Positions 61,354-64,000 of a stretch of 64,000 nucleotides of DNA are shown here, piece after piece (positions within the stretch are counted from its first letter, which is position 1; every line of letters begins with the position of its first letter). Source of the stretch: Pseudomonadota bacterium (GTDB taxonomy: Bacteria; Myxococcota; JACRCW01; JAFGSX01); the NCBI GenBank assembly GCA_043821645.1, contig JBDRCO010000051.1:160001-224000 (forward strand). The letters run 5' to 3'. The translations under genes and the position numbers were made by a program. Below the pieces are notes generated by a model. That model searched no databases. It was not told where the DNA came from and saw only the letters and a program-made list of their open reading frames with translations.

Positions 61354-62274
61354 GTGGAAACCCGTGAGCTGATCAAGAAGATCCGGCGCCTGGAGATCGC
61401 CACCCGGCGTGCCGTGCACACCCAGCTCGCGGGTGGCTACCACTCCGTGTTCAAGGGTCGCGGCATGGTGGTCAGCGACGTGCGCCCCTACCAGACCGGC
61501 GACGACTGGCGCGCGGTGGACTGGAACGTGACCGCGCGCACCGGCGACCTGCACGTCAAGGAGTTCATGGAGGAGCGCGAGCTGGTGGTGGTGCTGGTGG
61601 TGGACCTCAGCGCCTCGCTGCGCTTTGCCACGCGCCAGGCTGCCAAGCGCGAGCTGGCGGCGCAGCTGGCCGCCCTCATCGGCTTCACGGCCATCCGCAA
61701 CCGCGACAAGGTGGGTCTGTGTCTGTTCACCGATCACGTCGAGGCCTACCTGCCCCCCAAGAAGGGGCGCCAGCACGGGCTGCACGTGATTCGCGAGATC
61801 CTGGGGCGCCAGCCCGAGGGCGAGGGTACGCGTCTCGACCTGGCGCTGGAGTTCGTCGCGCGCGTGGTGCGGCATGGCTCGGTGGTTTTCGTGGTCAGCG
61901 ACTTCCTGTTCGGTGACGACGGGCTGCTCCCCGCGGTCGAGGTCCAGGCGCGGGTCGAGCGCGCCCTGCGCATCGCGGCGGTGCGCCACGACCTGGTGGC
62001 CCTGCAGGTCAACGATCCCTTCGAGCAGGCTCTGCCCGAGGTGGGCCTGCTGCGCGTGCGCGATCTCGAGAGCGGCCGCGATGCCCTGGTGGACACCTCG
62101 AACGTACAGGTGCGCGCCCGCTACGCCCAGCTGCAGGCGGCGCGGCAAGCGACCCTGGACAGCCAGCTCGCTCGCCTGGCCATCGACCACCTACACATAC
62201 GCAGCGACGAGGATCCTGTGCCTCCCCTGGTGTCCTTCTTTGCGGCGCGGCGCCATCGCGGCGGGAGGGCCTGA
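61354..62274 (+). CDS. DUF58 protein
   Basis: GGYHSVFKGRG, VRPYQTGDD..VDWNVTAR, VKEFMEERE, VDLSAS, VVSDF. Confidence 0.93.
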   Translation: METRELIKKIRRLEIATRRAVHTQLAGGYHSVFKGRGMVVSDVRPYQTGDDWRAVDWNVTARTGDLHVKEFMEERELVVVLVVDLSASLRFATRQAAKRELAAQLAALIGFTAIRNRDKVGLCLFTDHVEAYLPPKKGRQHGLHVIREILGRQPEGEGTRLDLALEFVARVVRHGSVVFVVSDFLFGDDGLLPAVEVQARVERALRIAAVRHDLVALQVNDPFEQALPEVGLLRVRDLESGRDALVDTSNVQVRARYAQLQAARQATLDSQLARLAIDHLHIRSDEDPVPPLVSFFAARRHRGGRA

Positions 62275-62276
62275 GC

Positions 62277-63260
62277 GTGCGCTGGACCCTCCTCGTCACC
62301 GCGAGCGTGCTGTGGACCGCCGGGCTGTGCGCGCAGGACGCAGCCGGAGGCGCGGCTCTTGACGCCTCTGTCGCCGAGGATGCGGGCTCCGGTTCCGGCC
62401 CCCATCTCGACGTGATCGCCCGCCTGGAGCCGGCACAGGTCCAGCTCGGCGAGCGCTTCGAGCTGGTGGTCGAGGTGCAGCGGTCCCCCGAGCAGCGCAT
62501 CGAGGTGCCGGCCCGGGTGCAGAACGATCAGGTATCGCAGCTGGGCGAGGTGCAACGCCAGGTGCGCCAGGACGGCGAGCGGGTGACCGAGACCCTGCGC
62601 GTACCGCTGGCAGCCTTCGCCTTGAAGAACGTCGAGACCCCGGCGCTGCCGCTGCGCCTCGGCGACGGCGAGATCGTCGAGGTGGCACCGCTCCCTGTGA
62701 CCGTGCAGACCGCGCTCGGCGACGATGCGGCCGCGCAGGGCCTGGCCGAGGCCAAGGGTCCGGTGGAACTGACGCGCTTTGACCCACGGCCGGTGGCCGT
62801 GCTCGGCGGCATCGTGCTGCTCGGGCTGCTTGGCGTCGGCCTGTGGTGGTGGCGCCGTCGACGCAAGCGACGCGGCGTGGCCGCACCCAAAGCCGAACCT
62901 CCCCGCCCTGCCCACGAGGTCGCCCTGGAGTGCCTCGACGCCCTGGAACGCTCACCCTGGGTCCAGCAAGGCGAACTGCAGCGCTTCGTCGACGAGGCCA
63001 TCGCCATCCTGCGAACCTACCTGGGCGCGCGCTACGGCATCGCGGCCCTCGACATGACCTCGACCGAACTGCTGACGGCTCTGGAGACCATCCTCGACGC
63101 TCGCCTCGACGTGGACGAGGTCAGGCAGATCCTGGGCGCGACCGATCTGGTCAAGTTTGCCAGGGCCCCCACCACCACCCGCGCCTGTGCCGCACTGGTC
63201 GACAAGATTCGCCGGCTGGTGCGGGTCACGACGCCACGCCGGCAGGGGGTCGCAGCGTGA
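62277..63260 (+). CDS. Bat-operon single-pass membrane protein (BatD-like Ig domain, TM, cytoplasmic helical domain)
   Basis: Signal peptide, QVQLGERFEL, TM-RRRRK, PAHEVAL..L, LRTYL..RY, ALDMTSTE, DLVKFA. Confidence 0.82.
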   Translation: MRWTLLVTASVLWTAGLCAQDAAGGAALDASVAEDAGSGSGPHLDVIARLEPAQVQLGERFELVVEVQRSPEQRIEVPARVQNDQVSQLGEVQRQVRQDGERVTETLRVPLAAFALKNVETPALPLRLGDGEIVEVAPLPVTVQTALGDDAAAQGLAEAKGPVELTRFDPRPVAVLGGIVLLGLLGVGLWWWRRRRKRRGVAAPKAEPPRPAHEVALECLDALERSPWVQQGELQRFVDEAIAILRTYLGARYGIAALDMTSTELLTALETILDARLDVDEVRQILGATDLVKFARAPTTTRACAALVDKIRRLVRVTTPRRQGVAA

Positions 63261-64000
63261 ACGGGCTGATCCAGGCCTGGGACGCCGTGCACGCCGCAGG
63301 TGGCCCGCTCAACGCGCTGGGCGTGCTGCGCTTTCGCGATCCCTGGTGGCTGCTTGCCCTGCTCGGGGCGCTGCCGCTGGTGATCGCGCTGTGGCGTCAC
63401 GGGCGAGGTGTGCCGCGCTTTGCCACCGCGGTGGTGGCCGAGCTGAGCAGCCTGCCTGCGACCAGCCGCCGCAACCTCGAGGGAATTCCGCGCCTGCTCG
63501 GTATCGTGGTGTTCGTCCTGGGCGCCATCGCACTGGCGCGACCGGACCTGCCTGGTCGGCCAGCGCCCCTCGATGCCGAGGGCATAGACATCGCGCTCAT
63601 CCTCGACGTGTCCACCAGCATGAACGCGGCGGACTTCTCGCCCAAGGACCGCATCCACGTCGCCAAGCAGGTGATCGGCGACTTCGTGCGCCAGCGCGAC
63701 TCGGATCGCATCAGCCTGGTCGTCTTCGCGGGCGAGGCCTTCACCCAGGTCCCGCTGACCCTGGATTACGACCTGTTGCACATGGTGCTCGAGGGCGTGC
63801 GCACCGGCGTGATCACCGACGGTACGGCCATCGGCGACGCCCTGGCCACGGGCCTCAATCGGGTGCGCGGTGGAGTGGCCACCAGCAAGGTCCTGATCCT
63901 GGTCACCGACGGCGACAACAACGCCGGCAGTGTGCCCCCCCTCGAGGCGGCCAAGATGGCCAAGGAGATAGGAGTCACGGTCTTCACCATCCTGGTCGGC
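63257..64000 (+). CDS. batA: BatA-like VWA domain protein, 3'-truncated by the window edge (absent from the ORF track)
   Basis: Manual translation: FRDPWWLL, ALARP, EGIDIALILDVSTSM, DRISLVVFAGEAFTQVPLTLDY, GTAIGDAL, LILVTDGDNNAG. Confidence 0.88.
   Translation, partial: MNGLIQAWDAVHAAGGPLNALGVLRFRDPWWLLALLGALPLVIALWRHGRGVPRFATAVVAELSSLPATSRRNLEGIPRLLGIVVFVLGAIALARPDLPGRPAPLDAEGIDIALILDVSTSMNAADFSPKDRIHVAKQVIGDFVRQRDSDRISLVVFAGEAFTQVPLTLDYDLLHMVLEGVRTGVITDGTAIGDALATGLNRVRGGVATSKVLILVTDGDNNAGSVPPLEAAKMAKEIGVTVFTILVG

Overview
High-GC chromosomal window from a probable Myxococcota/deltaproteobacterial genome. The evidence is four proteins with MYXO-CTERM-like GCxC-hydrophobic-RRR tails, a DUF6178 protein, an MshEN/GAF/HEAT protein and sigma54 machinery. 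It holds about 44 CDSs and one tRNA-Glu(CTC); I saw no CRISPR array, integrase or transposase. Recognisable genes include a 2784-aa Ig-repeat surface lipoprotein, two MoxR/DUF58/VWA (Bat-type) operons, glmS, an RluA-family synthase, a SigR/SigH-type ECF sigma with a zinc anti-sigma, a methionine gamma-lyase-like enzyme, a CDF exporter, a GH57/DUF3536 enzyme, a CatA-like acetyltransferase, an M49-like peptidase and a transglutaminase-elicitor-like protein. The main hidden signal, at 13.6-20.4 kb, is two probable selenoprotein genes that the ORF track breaks at in-frame TGA codons. One is a lipoprotein peroxiredoxin-like protein (FYRGGW-U-PHC) with a SECIS-like hairpin. The other is a 67-aa single-pass membrane protein (GVPT-U-MSGAC) with its own SECIS-like hairpin and a fully structured, switch-like 5' leader RNA. 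Both sit beside the S/Se-amino-acid lyase and the thiol-stress sigma/anti-sigma pair. All calls are by eye from motifs; no database searches were run.
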